DNA from: Candidatus Latescibacterota bacterium
GTDB taxonomy: Bacteria; Latescibacterota; UBA2968; GCA-2709665
Assembly (NCBI GenBank): GCA_965219455.1
Contig: OZ244744.1
Coordinates: 2,560,001-2,624,000, forward strand
Direction: 5' to 3'
DNA length: 64,000 nucleotides
Position numbers and translations under genes: made by a program. Under the pieces are notes generated by a model. The model did not search any database. It had not been told where the DNA came from and was given only the letters and a program-made list of their open reading frames with translations. This document shows, in pieces, positions 10,520 through 21,598 of this stretch; position 1 is the first letter of the stretch, and every line of letters starts with the position of its first letter.

Positions 10520-12405
10520 CCTAAAATAAGCGAGTATTGGTGTTTGGTGAACAGAATTGCAGATTTGTGCGACGTTGTGGTTGAATGACGTATGTGTGTT
10601 GTCTATTGAGGTGCGCGGGAGGTCGTTTTGAGGTTTGTGGAGTGTAAGTTGGTGTGGTAAAGCGCAGCGTTAGGGGTGTGTTGTTGGTGTCTGGTTGTGG
10701 TGTAGGCGTATTTGTCCGTTACGTCGCCGTGGGCGTCGTGGATCCCGTGGTATGTGATGACGGTTCGTGCGGGTGTCATGTGAAGCCGGTGCGTTCGATG
10801 GTAGCCCAGGCGCTCAAGAGTCTATTCAGTGACGGCTGATAGCCGATGATGCGCACGGTGGTGCTTCGGGCGTGTCGCACGACACGACAGGGAAAAAGGA
10901 TGATGTGTGAGAGGAAGGTCCGGAAGTCCATACGGATATAGTGTCGGCGGTGTTTTTTTCGATGCATCATCAAGGCAAACCACGCCTTGATGTTCCAGGC
11001 CAGCGCGGCGATGACCATGTAGGCCCAGTTGCTGATCAAGTCATACAAGGGCACGCGCAGGGCATTGACGCCGTTCTTGAGCTGTTCGATGACGTTTTCC
11101 TGGTCGCATCGTTTGTTGGCAGCAAAGACGACCTCGGCGGGCGTCAGGTCGTCGCGCGTGGTGATGTAGAAGAAATAGCGGATTTCGTCGAAGAGGGTCT
11201 GCTCACCTTTGGCCTTACTGATGTTTTTTCGCAGCGCCACAACGCGGTAGGGGCGTTTGCACTTGCCGGGCTGGTAGTCAAACTCGGCCACGTCTTCGAA
11301 GTTCAGCGCCAGCTTGAGGTAGCCCCGCGCCTTGACGATACGCTGCTTCTCATTGTCGCGCCGCTGCCTTTTCTGGGGCGCGTGAGGTCGGTGCAGGCGC
11401 TGCCAGTTGGCTTCGTCAAGGGCCTTGGCCCGTGTTCGTAAGGCGTCATTGCAGTCCATCCCGAAGATGAAATCGACGTCCTTTGCCCAGCGATCGAGGT
11501 GAGCCGTAAGCGAAAAGTCCGTGTCGCCGCGTAGGCACACGCGCTTGGCGTGGGGCTTCACCACCCGGATGGACGCATCGATCCAGGGGGCGGCCCCCTG
11601 GTGAGAAGACGCGTTGCCCGGACGGTTGACGATATACAGCACCTCTTTGGTATTGGCCAACGATACGATCAGGGGCGCATACCCCCACACGCCCTTGTAG
11701 GAGATGTCCATGCCGCCCTTCTTCTCCCCATACGTTGGGGCGCTTGTGCCATCCACGTCGATGTACGCTACCGAAGAAAGCAAACTGGCGGCCCGCGTGC
11801 GCCACAACTTAGACCGTACCGCGTTAATGCAGTCCATCAGCCCGATCACGTCAGCTTCCGTGAAGCGACGCGTAAAGTCGCCCGCAGTCGTCGGGTCCGG
11901 GATCAGCTTCGCGTTCAACGCATTCATGTAGGCCTCGTCGTGCCGCAAACGCTCGATGTCTTCCAGACGCGTGCCACCGCACATCACGTTGTAGGCAAGG
12001 TTCAACACGTGATCCGACTCATGATACGGCAGATGAACCTTCAACAACTTCAACTTCTCGTCTATCTCTTCGACCAATCCCAATTTGGTCACCAGACGAT
12101 GCACGGCCGCAATGCCACCGCAGCTCATCGCTGCTGCTTGCGCGCTGACCTCGTAATGCACATAGGTGCTGCCAAACATCGGCTTGCCTTGTGCACAAAA
12201 ACGACCGCCAAGCTTTTGCCGAGTACGTACCTTGCGCCCACAATTAACACTGTTCCTGCGGCTTTCTTTTACCGATATTCTCTTCACCGGAAAGACCCCC
12301 TTCGTTGGTGTATCAACAGACTGTCTGATACTTCTAACTCCAACTAAGATAAGTCTTTCCGGTACTTTTGTACATAAAAATCTCAAAAAACCCGCTTAAT
12401 TAGAG
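10520..12405 (-). mobile_element. IS1380 family insertion sequence (~1.89 kb)
   Basis: Flanked by duplicated TCTAGA (10514-10519 and 12406-12411); imperfect terminal inverted repeats CCTAAAATAAGCGAG / CTCTAATTAAGCGGG; encodes a DDE transposase. Confidence 0.9.
10776..12386 (-). CDS. IS1380 family DDE transposase (true start probably the GTG near 12288)
   Basis: HLPYHESDHVLNLAYN, IPDPTTAGDF, YIDVDGT, CLRGDTDFS, RCDQENVIEQLKNG, NWAYMVIAALAWN. Confidence 0.92.
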   Translation of the reverse strand: MRFLCTKVPERLILVGVRSIRQSVDTPTKGVFPVKRISVKESRRNSVNCGRKVRTRQKLGGRFCAQGKPMFGSTYVHYEVSAQAAAMSCGGIAAVHRLVTKLGLVEEIDEKLKLLKVHLPYHESDHVLNLAYNVMCGGTRLEDIERLRHDEAYMNALNAKLIPDPTTAGDFTRRFTEADVIGLMDCINAVRSKLWRTRAASLLSSVAYIDVDGTSAPTYGEKKGGMDISYKGVWGYAPLIVSLANTKEVLYIVNRPGNASSHQGAAPWIDASIRVVKPHAKRVCLRGDTDFSLTAHLDRWAKDVDFIFGMDCNDALRTRAKALDEANWQRLHRPHAPQKRQRRDNEKQRIVKARGYLKLALNFEDVAEFDYQPGKCKRPYRVVALRKNISKAKGEQTLFDEIRYFFYITTRDDLTPAEVVFAANKRCDQENVIEQLKNGVNALRVPLYDLISNWAYMVIAALAWNIKAWFALMMHRKKHRRHYIRMDFRTFLSHIILFPCRVVRHARSTTVRIIGYQPSLNRLLSAWATIERTGFT

Positions 12406-13229
12406 TCTAGATCGGGTGTCAGACCTGAAAACACATCATCGGATACGGTATATACATCACTGAAACCGATCTCCAATACTTTCAAGCTGTCCAGGCCGGA
12501 AAACACTCCCTCTGGCAATGTTGTCAGACCGTTGCCTTGAAGCTTGAGAACGCGCAGCTTGACCAGGCCGGAAAACAACCCGTCTGAAAGAGTTTTCATT
12601 TTGTTGCGGCTCAGATCCAGTTCCACCAGTTTCACGAGACCGGAAAACACTCCCTCTGGCAGCGAGCTTATGTCGTTGAATTCGAGCGATATGGCCCTCA
12701 AGCTGTCCAGCCCGGAAAAATCGTCTCCCATCAGGGCAGTAATGCGCCCGTACTTAAGATCCAGGCTCCGGATAGAGTGCAAATGCACGTCCGTGACCAG
12801 GGCACAGTCGTCCATATCGGGCAGCGCGTTCAGGATGGCACGCCGCACCTGAGGCGTCCGCCCACAAATCCCCGTAGTGGGTATGGTTACCGACTTACCG
12901 AAGTTCCTGGCAAAGATCAGGAAATCAGAAAACCCGACATTTCCGTCACCATCCAGGTCGTATCGGGCCTCGAACGTTTCATCGCCTCGGCTTACCCCGA
13001 ACCTTCGCGCAAACAAAACGAAATCGGGAAATTCCACGACGCCGTTCCTGTCGAAATCAGGATTGGGGTCGGATTGTGACTCAACGCGTACCTGGAGAAG
13101 CTGGGGGCGCGCCTGAGTTGAACTGGCGCCCTCGGATTGCGGTAAGACCTGAGCCGCGGCATTCACGGAGAGCAGGACCGTCGCTCCGATCAAGAATGCA
13201 AGATTGTAATGAGTGGACCGAAACTTCAC
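12406..13229 (-). pseudogene. 5' fragment of IS-disrupted secreted LRR protein with EF-hand/dockerin-like domain
   Basis: Signal peptide, DFDRNGVVEFPDF...YDLDGDGNVGFSDF, GICGRTPQVR cap, LRR repeats; frame terminates inside the IS end. Confidence 0.9.
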
Positions 13230-13441
13230 GGTGGGTTTCCAATTGAGGTGGGATGAGGTCAGTACGCGTTACACCAGTGATTCCCGCCAGCGCCTACGTT
13301 GCCCAGCCGTACGGTACACCCGAATATTCCTCGCTCCGACTCTACGCCGACCGAACCGTGTCAAATAGGGGTCAATGGTAGAATCCTGGACCTTGGAAGA
13401 TCCCGTATTGTCGGGGATGTTTGTCCGCGATTGAAATCAGC

Positions 13442-16159
13442 TCAAAACCCCGAATAATTCGCTTCGCCGATAGACGTGAGTGAACGATCCGCGATTCGGA
13501 CGAAGGCAGATGTTCGCAAGCGGTAGCGTACCGTTCCGGGAATCTCGCGGTGCGGGAAGAACAGATGCCGCATGCCCTCTCCGTCGACCGCAAATCCGGG
13601 GTCGGCATCCAGCAACACGTGTGTCTGCTCTCCGTCGCGCGACACCCCCTGCACCCGGCATCCCCGGGTAGATCCATCGCCGAAGGTCACGATCGCGGTC
13701 GCCCCCTCTAGTCCGTCGCCGATCGGCAAGTCGCCGGTAACGATCAGTGCATCGTACCTCGCGCCGGCATCCTTCCTTAACGTACCGGTCACCTCGCCCT
13801 CATAGGCGCCGCTGCCTTCCAGGGCTGCCTGCTTCCATTTCAGGATCGTTCCGCCCCAGAGTCCCATCACTTCCGGCTGTCCGTCCCGCTCCCTCACGAA
13901 TCCGACCTCGCCCGTTAGCGACAGATCACCCATGGCGACAGCGTCGCCGGTCGATTCAACTTTGTAGATGATTCGGTCCACGACGCCGTTGTGGTGGACA
14001 ACAATACCCACCGCGCCTCCATCCAGCACTTCCACACGCACGTCTTCTATGAATGGCGAGCCGTCGAACGGTTCGTGCACCGCTGCGAACAGACTCGAAA
14101 GAGGCGCAGGGCCCTTCCGGCGCAGAAGGAAGATCGGCATCCGAAACCGATCCAGGAACGCGTCGTTCTCCTCGGCCCGCCGAAACGACATGGCATCGCC
14201 CACGAATACCTCGGCGCCCGCCTGTCCGCGAAGATGCGTCCGCACCGCCACGGGCGAATCGTCAATGCTGAACGTGATCTTCAAGTCGTCCGAAGCCGCG
14301 CCGTGAGAGACGTTCTGGAAATAAGCATAGGCGATATTTCGACCTTCGGCGTCGCCCCGGTCCGACTCTCCGGCGGGAAACCGAACGTCCACGCCCGGCA
14401 GCATGTGCTCGCCGTAGGGCGCAAGGGGAACGCTGACCGTTGCGTCCCCGTCCGCATCCGCGTTTCCGTGCAGCGCCCAGTCGTGCTGCGAGCCACCGGT
14501 CACGCGAAACAGGTCCACCGCGTATACGTCGGATCCCCCGGCGTTCACCAGCAGAAGCGCTCGGCGGTATGTTTCCGCCAACCCCGGATACGCCCGCTCC
14601 CCGCTCGCTTCGACCCACTTCACCCCTTCGAATCCCGGCTCGAAGGCCAACAGACGCCCGTCTGACGGTCCCGATCGGCCCCCGGTGAGCTGCCGCTGCT
14701 CATCGATCACGACCGTATTGTGACACAGCGTGCTCGTGCTCCAGACCCGGTGCCGCGTGTGCGTGTACCCCACGTCCGGCAAGAGTTCGTGGCCTTTGGC
14801 GAACAGACCCATGTTCAGATTGTCCGCGTGTGCGTGTCCGTAGCCGCCCGAAAAGTGAAGGTGAAGCTGCACCTGTTCGTCGCCCGTGCCACGCCCCAGC
14901 CACGCGTGCCCGACTCCGGCCAGCAACGTCGAGACTGAGGTTTTGGGTACCTTCAGGTTTCTGAAGTGCGCCCAGTTGTCGTGCATCGTCATCTGCCGCC
15001 CATCGGGATACCTGCAGAGTTCCAGGATTCGTTTTGCCCGGGCAATCACTGCGATATCCCGGTCCAGGTCCAGATCGTCCAGGCGCGTCCCGTTCTCCGG
15101 ATGCACATATCCGGGCGGGTCGCTATATCCCCGAGCTGCACGGAATACCCTGTTCATTCCCCCCATCGTCATCTGATGATAACCTACACTGCCCTCCATC
15201 CAGAACCCGTCTTCGTAGAACGTCCGCCTGAACAGTTCCCGGCTTTGCCTTACGCCTTCGTGCACCAGCCCGGGATCTCCCAAGACCCGTCCGATCGCAA
15301 TGTACCCTTCGTATATTCGCGGGCCCGCATTGCCGTAATCGGTCTCGTGAAATTGGTCTTGTCGAATGGCGCCCCGGAAGAAGTCGTTCTCAATATGCGC
15401 CTTCACGTCCGTCCCGGCCTCGTCGGAAAGCCGCTCCAGCTCGCCGCTATCATAAATTGAATCGTACGCGAACACCAGGTTTGTGGGCATCTCGTCGTGG
15501 CGCCATCTCCCCCATTTCCCGCCGCCATTGGGATATGGCGGCTCCGTTGCGAATCCCTTCGGCCTGTGGGGCCAGTCGCGGCTGACCAGGAATCCCGGAT
15601 AATACCGCGCGAACGCATCCAGAATCAACGCGGCTCGCCACGCATACACCCGCTCACTTGTCATCTGGTACAGCTCGCCGAACAGTTGCGCGATCCTCGA
15701 AAAATACGACCGCGCCTCACGCCACGCCCTGGCCGAAAACAGATACCTGTACCCGGTCGCGTCCTCTCAGTAGGGATACTCCACCTCCGCGCCCACCGGA
15801 TTCACCACCTTCATCACCCGATCCTCGGGATACTGATCGTTCGGAAAGACCATGTCGCAAAATCGACATTTCACCCGGTGCGGATCGGATATCGACCACC
15901 GCAGCTGCCCCTCCTGCGTCCCCTCTTCACAATTCGGGCAACCCATGAACCGGAAGCCGGTCCTGTCGGGAACCAGAGCCACCATCTCGGCTTCAGTCAT
16001 CGCCATCAACCTGGCAACCACGCGCTTCAACGCGTTCACGCGTTTCGCCGATGCCTCGACGCGATACACCGGGTGCGCCGCCTCGGCGGCGCCGGGCCGC
16101 GCCAGGTCCACTGTCACCAGGCAGCAGATAGCAAGAATCAGAACGACAATCCCGTCCAA
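13442..16159 (-). pseudogene. Heparinase II/III-like secreted protein interrupted by an in-frame TGA at 15767-15769
   Basis: ORFs 15767-16360 and 13442-15664 are one frame: EYPY*EDATGYRYLFSARAWREARSYF...YQMTSER. Motifs DGFWMEGSVGYH, GHAHADNL, HNTVVID; N-terminal CPNC/CRFC; likely TTG start at 16159 with signal peptide. Confidence 0.82.
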
Positions 16160-16256
16160 AGGAATCCTTCCTTTCTCTTTCTCATCCGGGGAACACATAC
16201 GAGTCCCACGGACGAATCCTGTCCACTTTATCGTGCGTGGCTGGATGTACACGCCA

Positions 16257-17237
16257 TCAGCCCACTCCATCCGTGCGGACCAGCTTCCAGACGTCGGGAA
16301 ACATGTTGTTGCCCGCCACCATCCACAGCGCGTCGTCGTACACGAAAACACTGGCGGCATGCCGCGGCGCCCACGGCGTATCCGGCAGTTCGGACCAATT
16401 CACACCGTCAGAGCTGTACCACACGTCGTTCCGGTTCCAGCTGCCGGTCGCCTCCTCCATCGAACGATGGGCCGCCCCGTGATAGCAGCCTTCCATCACC
16501 CACAGCTTGTCATCCCATACGGCGACATCGTGGTATTGGCGCGGTTTCCAGGGCGCCGCCGGAGTATGCAAGTCCCAGTTTGCGCCGTCGCCGGTACTCC
16601 AGACATCGTTATACATCAATCGGCGATCGATCCGGGGGGTATCGTACGTCCCGCCGCCCAGAATCCAGATCCGGTCCTGAAAAACCGCGCTGCCGCCGAT
16701 CATTCCCCTCTCCGCCCACGGTGAATTTTCGACCACCCGGTTCCAGTTACGGCCGTCCGCCGAATTCCATACGTCGTTAAAGAAGATCTCGTCTTCATTT
16801 GCAAATTGCGGAATGGTCTGCCCGCCCATCACCCAGATTCTGCCATCGAGAACCGCCGTATAGTGCAATACCCTCGGCCCCCACGGGACCGGGTCACAGA
16901 CCAGGTCCCAACCCACGCCGTCCAAACTGCACCACACGTCGTTCTGATAGTGCCCCTGGTTGCAATCTCCGCCCACGATCCACATCTGACCATTGTGAAC
17001 GGCGTAGCCTGCCGTGTGACGTCCTTCCCAGGGGGCTTCCTCGTTCACCTCGACCCAGGTTTCCCCGTCTGTCGAACACCACACCTCGCTGTTGCAGATG
17101 ATTGGAAAATTGACCTTGTCCCCTGGATTCCATCCGCCCAGCAGCCACATTCTGTCCTTGAACACCAGCGCGCCCGCGCCGTCCCGCCCGGCAAACGCCG
17201 CCTGTTCGGTTACGCAAATCCATTCATATCCGGACAT
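16257..17237 (-). CDS. Kelch-like beta-propeller protein
   Basis: Six repeats of type W..R.......F.D.MW..GG...NDVW.S.DG..W. Confidence 0.85.
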   Translation of the reverse strand: MSGYEWICVTEQAAFAGRDGAGALVFKDRMWLLGGWNPGDKVNFPIICNSEVWCSTDGETWVEVNEEAPWEGRHTAGYAVHNGQMWIVGGDCNQGHYQNDVWCSLDGVGWDLVCDPVPWGPRVLHYTAVLDGRIWVMGGQTIPQFANEDEIFFNDVWNSADGRNWNRVVENSPWAERGMIGGSAVFQDRIWILGGGTYDTPRIDRRLMYNDVWSTGDGANWDLHTPAAPWKPRQYHDVAVWDDKLWVMEGCYHGAAHRSMEEATGSWNRNDVWYSSDGVNWSELPDTPWAPRHAASVFVYDDALWMVAGNNMFPDVWKLVRTDGVG

Positions 17238-17454
17238 AAACCTCTCCTGATTTCACAGTTTAAAACCGCGGCTGATACGTTTCGAACTTCCCTCCGCAAA
17301 GAAAAAAGCCTCGCCACGAAGATTACTTGGGGCGGGACGTTTTGTGAGGGGCGCTTGTTGAAACATCTGTCTTGTGTGATTAGTGCGTCGAAATACCTGT
17401 GTTTTGCTACACGTGCTTCATAATCTTCCCCACTCCCTAACGTCCCCTATTCCC

Positions 17455-17535
17455 TTGCCCTTTTTCTTGCTTCGCCCAAGAAAAAGGGCGAAAAAGAAGG
17501 GCGCCGCTCGGCGCGGGGCCGGTTTTTCCGTGAAC
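17455..17535. repeat. Palindromic dispersed repeat (family also at 27550-27620 and 28108-28187)
   Basis: CCCTTTTTCTTG-N-CAAGAAAAAGGG hairpin followed by GGCGCCGCTCGGCGCGGGGCCGGTTTTTCCGTGAA; near-identical reverse complement at 28108-28187. Confidence 0.75.
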
Positions 17536-17783
17536 CACCTCAGTGCCGTAAATGGGAATTGGTTGCCCTTTTACCGGGGCAGGCCATCCCAAGCTACGTT
17601 GCTGGACGGAATAGCACGGAAAAACCCCCAACACCGCAACCGTCCGCGTGATAGGTTTGCGCGAGGTCCAAGACAATGAAACGCTTGACGTTCAGGCGCG
17701 GATATCGCGGATTGACGTCGCGATGCCGTTACGCGAATCGGTCTTGGCTGACGGCTGACAGCTGATAGCTAAAGGCTGATTTT

Positions 17784-18839
17784 CTACCAACCCTGCCGCC
17801 CCACGTAGAGGCCTCGATTCTTCATTGGCAAACGCACCCGCACGCCGCCCAGCCGATGGGACTCGATAAACCCCATCACCATTTCCTGGCTGCGTCGCGC
17901 CAGTTGAACCGGCCCCGCTGTCTCCCGACCCGTATCCAGGGTCTCGGCGATATCCCTCAGCCCGTTCACCGTGCCGCTCTGCATCGGGACCGTGGGAAAT
18001 GGCCGTTCTTCCAGCATTTGCCGCACCCCGCAGGCCTTCCGGAACTGACAGGTCATTCCGTTGTCGAACGTCCTCAACTTTCCCGACGAACCACAAAGCT
18101 CGAACTCCGCGCCGCTGCCCGCGGTCGTATATCCGTGAACGCCGTTTTGAAACCGAACGTAACCGCTGGCCACACCCGGATCCACGTTCAAACGGTTGTC
18201 GTCCCAATCCCGATCCTCACACACAATGGTGCCCTGCACGAAATCGATCTTGCAGTCTCCCGCCAGGAACAGCATCATGTCCGCACCGTGAGTCAGTCCC
18301 CACAACGCGGCCGTCACGCCCTGCTGCACGATAACGGCCTGTACCGCACCCAGATCGCCCGCATCGGCAAGCTCCCTCATTTTTCGGTAAACCGGGATAT
18401 ATCGCCGCTGGGTGCCGTAGTTGAACTTCACGCAATTCTTCTCAACCGCTGACACCATCGCATCCGCCTCTTGCATTGAACAGCAGAGCGGCTTTTCGCA
18501 ATAAATCCCCTTTACGCCATGTTCGGCCGCAAATACCGTCATCTCCGCGTGGGTCGCGGGGCGTGTGGCGATACACACGATGTCCGGTTTCTCTTTATCG
18601 ATCATCTCCCGATAGTCGGTGTAGCAGACCGGAACCCCGTACCGGTCCCGAATCGACTCCGCCTTCTCAGCCACCACGTCCGAAACCGCCACGAGTTCCG
18701 TCCGCTCACACGCCACGGCCGCCGCGGCATGAGAGTACGGAATCCAGAGATGAGAGTTTTGATGGTCCCGCACCTCGTCGTCGATCGTCGCCCCCATCCG
18801 CCCGCAACCTATCAACGCCGTCCGATATCGATCTGCCAT
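17784..18839 (-). CDS. Gfo/Idh/MocA family oxidoreductase
   Basis: ALIGCGRMG, DIVCIAT, YCEKPL, THGADM. Confidence 0.92.
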   Translation of the reverse strand: MADRYRTALIGCGRMGATIDDEVRDHQNSHLWIPYSHAAAAVACERTELVAVSDVVAEKAESIRDRYGVPVCYTDYREMIDKEKPDIVCIATRPATHAEMTVFAAEHGVKGIYCEKPLCCSMQEADAMVSAVEKNCVKFNYGTQRRYIPVYRKMRELADAGDLGAVQAVIVQQGVTAALWGLTHGADMMLFLAGDCKIDFVQGTIVCEDRDWDDNRLNVDPGVASGYVRFQNGVHGYTTAGSGAEFELCGSSGKLRTFDNGMTCQFRKACGVRQMLEERPFPTVPMQSGTVNGLRDIAETLDTGRETAGPVQLARRSQEMVMGFIESHRLGGVRVRLPMKNRGLYVGRQGW

Positions 18840-18864
18840 TTTCCGATCCTCGTGATGGTGGGTG

Positions 18865-20409
18865 TCACTCCACCGCGTTTGACCGCATTTCCGCCCGAAA
18901 GGGTCCGAACATGCCCTGACCCCATTGAATACCCGCGTGCTTTGCCGCCTTCTCCGCTCCTCCGGGACGGATCGGCGCCGAACCCAGAATCCGCCCGTCC
19001 TGCGCGATACTGATCGTTTCCGCGCCTATGGTAAACACCAGCGTCGTGGGTTCTCCCGTCCATGCGACGGGCACGGAAACGCTGCCGGGTTTTCGCACCC
19101 GGTAGACCCTGCGGTACTGGTTCCACACCTCGTCATCGTGCAGGAACGAGTGCCGCATGTCCCGCACCGGGCAACCCTTGGCGCTTACGGACAGATAAAG
19201 CGCATCTCCCATCGGCGCCAGGCCGGTCACGCGCTGCCCCCAATCGTTGATCACCAGGTCGGTACCATGTTCCTCGTTGTACGCGACCAGCCGATCCTCC
19301 CACGGATGCGTCATTTTGTCCGTAATCGACGGTTTTTCGAACATGCGTTTCACAAAATGCCACGCGTTTCCGTGGGCATCGTACCGCCACAACTCGGACC
19401 AGGGCCATACCCCCACGTAGAGGTTCCCTCCGTAAATCGCAGTTGTCTGCGCCTCGCGCGCACTGCCGGACACGCCCGGCATCACGGGCGGCCAGTCTTC
19501 CAGGTGGCGAAGCTCCTTGCCGTCGTACCTGAACAGGTTTCCCGTCGGGTACTGTGCGATCAGCAACTCGTCGTACCAGTTCAACATCGAATAGAGCTGA
19601 AAACTCACGCCCGCCAGCGACGCGCGCACGATCTTCCACCTGGATCCGTCAAATACGTATACACCGCCCATATTGGACGAATTCACGATCTCATCTCCGA
19701 GTTGTCCAATGGAGAACGGCGTCTCCTGCGGATATTTCAGGTCCAGCGTCACCGCCTTATCCAGGTCGACCGGTCCATCTCCCGGCTTCCACGGGACCGC
19801 GTACAGCGTGGTATACGGCGGGTCCGAATCGTGGTCTTTGTGGAAAAATGTAAGATAGCCCAGGGCGTAATAGAAATGGTGATAGTGTCCCGACGAGGGC
19901 TTTTCCAGGACCTGCTCACCGTCGTACCAGGCTTCGCCCCCCTTGAACTGAAAAACCTTCCCGGCAACCCGCATTTTTCCGTCGCCGGCCACGGTTTCAC
20001 CCACGCCGAAGCTCTCGTCCACCTGCCACGCGCCCGCCTCGTCGTCCCACCATCGTGCCGTCCGGTCCTGGTGATAGCTGCACGAGTACACCCGGCCATC
20101 CAGATCGAACAGATAACTCCCCCCATCCTCCGTGGACGGCGGCAGGGTCTCGAAACCCTCTTCTGCCTCGTCGTCGCGCAGGAAGAACTGCAACGTAAAC
20201 CGATCCATCCTGAACGCGGTGTTGTAGTCCCCCACAAAGCCCGCCCCCAGAACCACACGGCCCTCTTTGTCCCGGGCCTCAAACAGTGAACCCCAGTTCT
20301 GCCCGACGTCCTTCCCGAAATCAATCGTCGTTGTCATTCGCATTACGTGTGTCTCCTCGGCATGCCCTGGCAACGACCAGAGCAACAATACGCTAAGTAT
20401 CCAGTGCAT
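18865..20409 (-). CDS. Secreted hypothetical protein (possible beta-propeller)
   Basis: Long ORF co-oriented with its neighbours; signal-peptide-like MHWILSVLLLWSLPGHA. Start uncertain: frame is open to 20529. Confidence 0.7.
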   Translation of the reverse strand: MHWILSVLLLWSLPGHAEETHVMRMTTTIDFGKDVGQNWGSLFEARDKEGRVVLGAGFVGDYNTAFRMDRFTLQFFLRDDEAEEGFETLPPSTEDGGSYLFDLDGRVYSCSYHQDRTARWWDDEAGAWQVDESFGVGETVAGDGKMRVAGKVFQFKGGEAWYDGEQVLEKPSSGHYHHFYYALGYLTFFHKDHDSDPPYTTLYAVPWKPGDGPVDLDKAVTLDLKYPQETPFSIGQLGDEIVNSSNMGGVYVFDGSRWKIVRASLAGVSFQLYSMLNWYDELLIAQYPTGNLFRYDGKELRHLEDWPPVMPGVSGSAREAQTTAIYGGNLYVGVWPWSELWRYDAHGNAWHFVKRMFEKPSITDKMTHPWEDRLVAYNEEHGTDLVINDWGQRVTGLAPMGDALYLSVSAKGCPVRDMRHSFLHDDEVWNQYRRVYRVRKPGSVSVPVAWTGEPTTLVFTIGAETISIAQDGRILGSAPIRPGGAEKAAKHAGIQWGQGMFGPFRAEMRSNAVE

Positions 20410-20525
20410 CGCCAGCCAACACTCCGGTCTTGTCTTTCGGCAGCGCAATTCATTGACGAACGTGCTTCCCATCTGCCCCTCGCCGGATCGCAACCCTTGG
20501 TCCCGCCGGGTGACGACTGGCGCCG

Positions 20526-21488
20526 TCAAAACGCCAGAACCACCTTAACCGCACGTTCCGTTTCGGGATGTTCGAATGCCAGATCGAACGCGTCCTGAAT
20601 TTTCTCAAACGGCATCAGGTGCGTCAGAATCGGCCGCACGTCCAGCCGGCCCTGCCTGATCCAGTCCAGCGCGATCGTATAGTCCGTGCCCGGATTCGGC
20701 CCTACCGACGTCACGATCTGCAATTCCTTCCTGAACATATCCATAAACGAGAGCGTCATCCGCCCCTCCGCATTCTCCTTGTTCGGCACGCCGAAGTATA
20801 CCAGCGTGCCGTCCCGGCGCAACAGATCGCCGCACAGGTTGAACGTCGCCTCCCTGCCCACTGCCTCCACCGCAAGGTCCACCATCTCCCCGCCGGTAAT
20901 CTCCGACACCGCCTCCGCCAGGTCGCACGTGTCCGGATTGATCGTGTGGGTCGCGCCCATCTTCGGCGACACCTCCAGCCGGTGGGGAAGCGGATCCACC
21001 CCGATAATATCCCTCGCGCCCAGGTTTCGTAACGTCGCGTTGAACAGTTGTCCCACCGGACCCTGCCCCATCACCAGCGCTCTACGGTTGATGACGTTGC
21101 CCAGCTTGTAGAAACAGTGAATCACCGTCCCCAGCAACTGGCTCATCAGCGCCACCTCCGGCTCCAGGTCTATCGGCAGTTTCACGCATTCCGCGGGATC
21201 GGCCAGCACGTATTCCTGGAACAGGCCCCGGTCGAACCCCCAGAGCAGCACCCGGTCACCGGCGTTGAAGGCGCCTGAAGAACACGCCTCTACAATGCCG
21301 AGACCTTCATGTCCCGTCTGCCCAAACCCCATCGGATACGAAGCGCCGACTCCATAGAACGCCGGTCTGTCCGTCCCGCAAATCCCCACCCGCTCCAACC
21401 GCACCAGCATCATTTCCTCTGTCGCCCGGGGTGCTTCCACCTCGGCCAGTTCCCACCGCCGCGGCGCAACCAATCTAGCCGCTCTCAT
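20526..21488 (-). CDS. Zinc-binding medium-chain dehydrogenase
   Basis: GICGTD, GHEGLG, GQGPVG, EAVG. Confidence 0.92.
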   Translation of the reverse strand: MRAARLVAPRRWELAEVEAPRATEEMMLVRLERVGICGTDRPAFYGVGASYPMGFGQTGHEGLGIVEACSSGAFNAGDRVLLWGFDRGLFQEYVLADPAECVKLPIDLEPEVALMSQLLGTVIHCFYKLGNVINRRALVMGQGPVGQLFNATLRNLGARDIIGVDPLPHRLEVSPKMGATHTINPDTCDLAEAVSEITGGEMVDLAVEAVGREATFNLCGDLLRRDGTLVYFGVPNKENAEGRMTLSFMDMFRKELQIVTSVGPNPGTDYTIALDWIRQGRLDVRPILTHLMPFEKIQDAFDLAFEHPETERAVKVVLAF

Positions 21489-21598
21489 CTATCCACGCCT
21501 CTCTCCGAATGAAACCCAAATCAGAAGCCTTCTCTAACGCACGGGAAGGCAATCTTCCGTCCGGATCGACTGAGGCTGCTTCTCCATCTGTTCTACAT

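Noticed and set aside
10520-10775. GT-rich low-complexity tract as a separate element
   Set aside because: It lies inside the IS boundaries, in the transposase 3' region.
13442-16159. Genome-wide TGA-to-Trp recoding
   Set aside because: TGA ends many genes at expected positions (e.g. 24181, 35703, 44466) and TGG is used normally.
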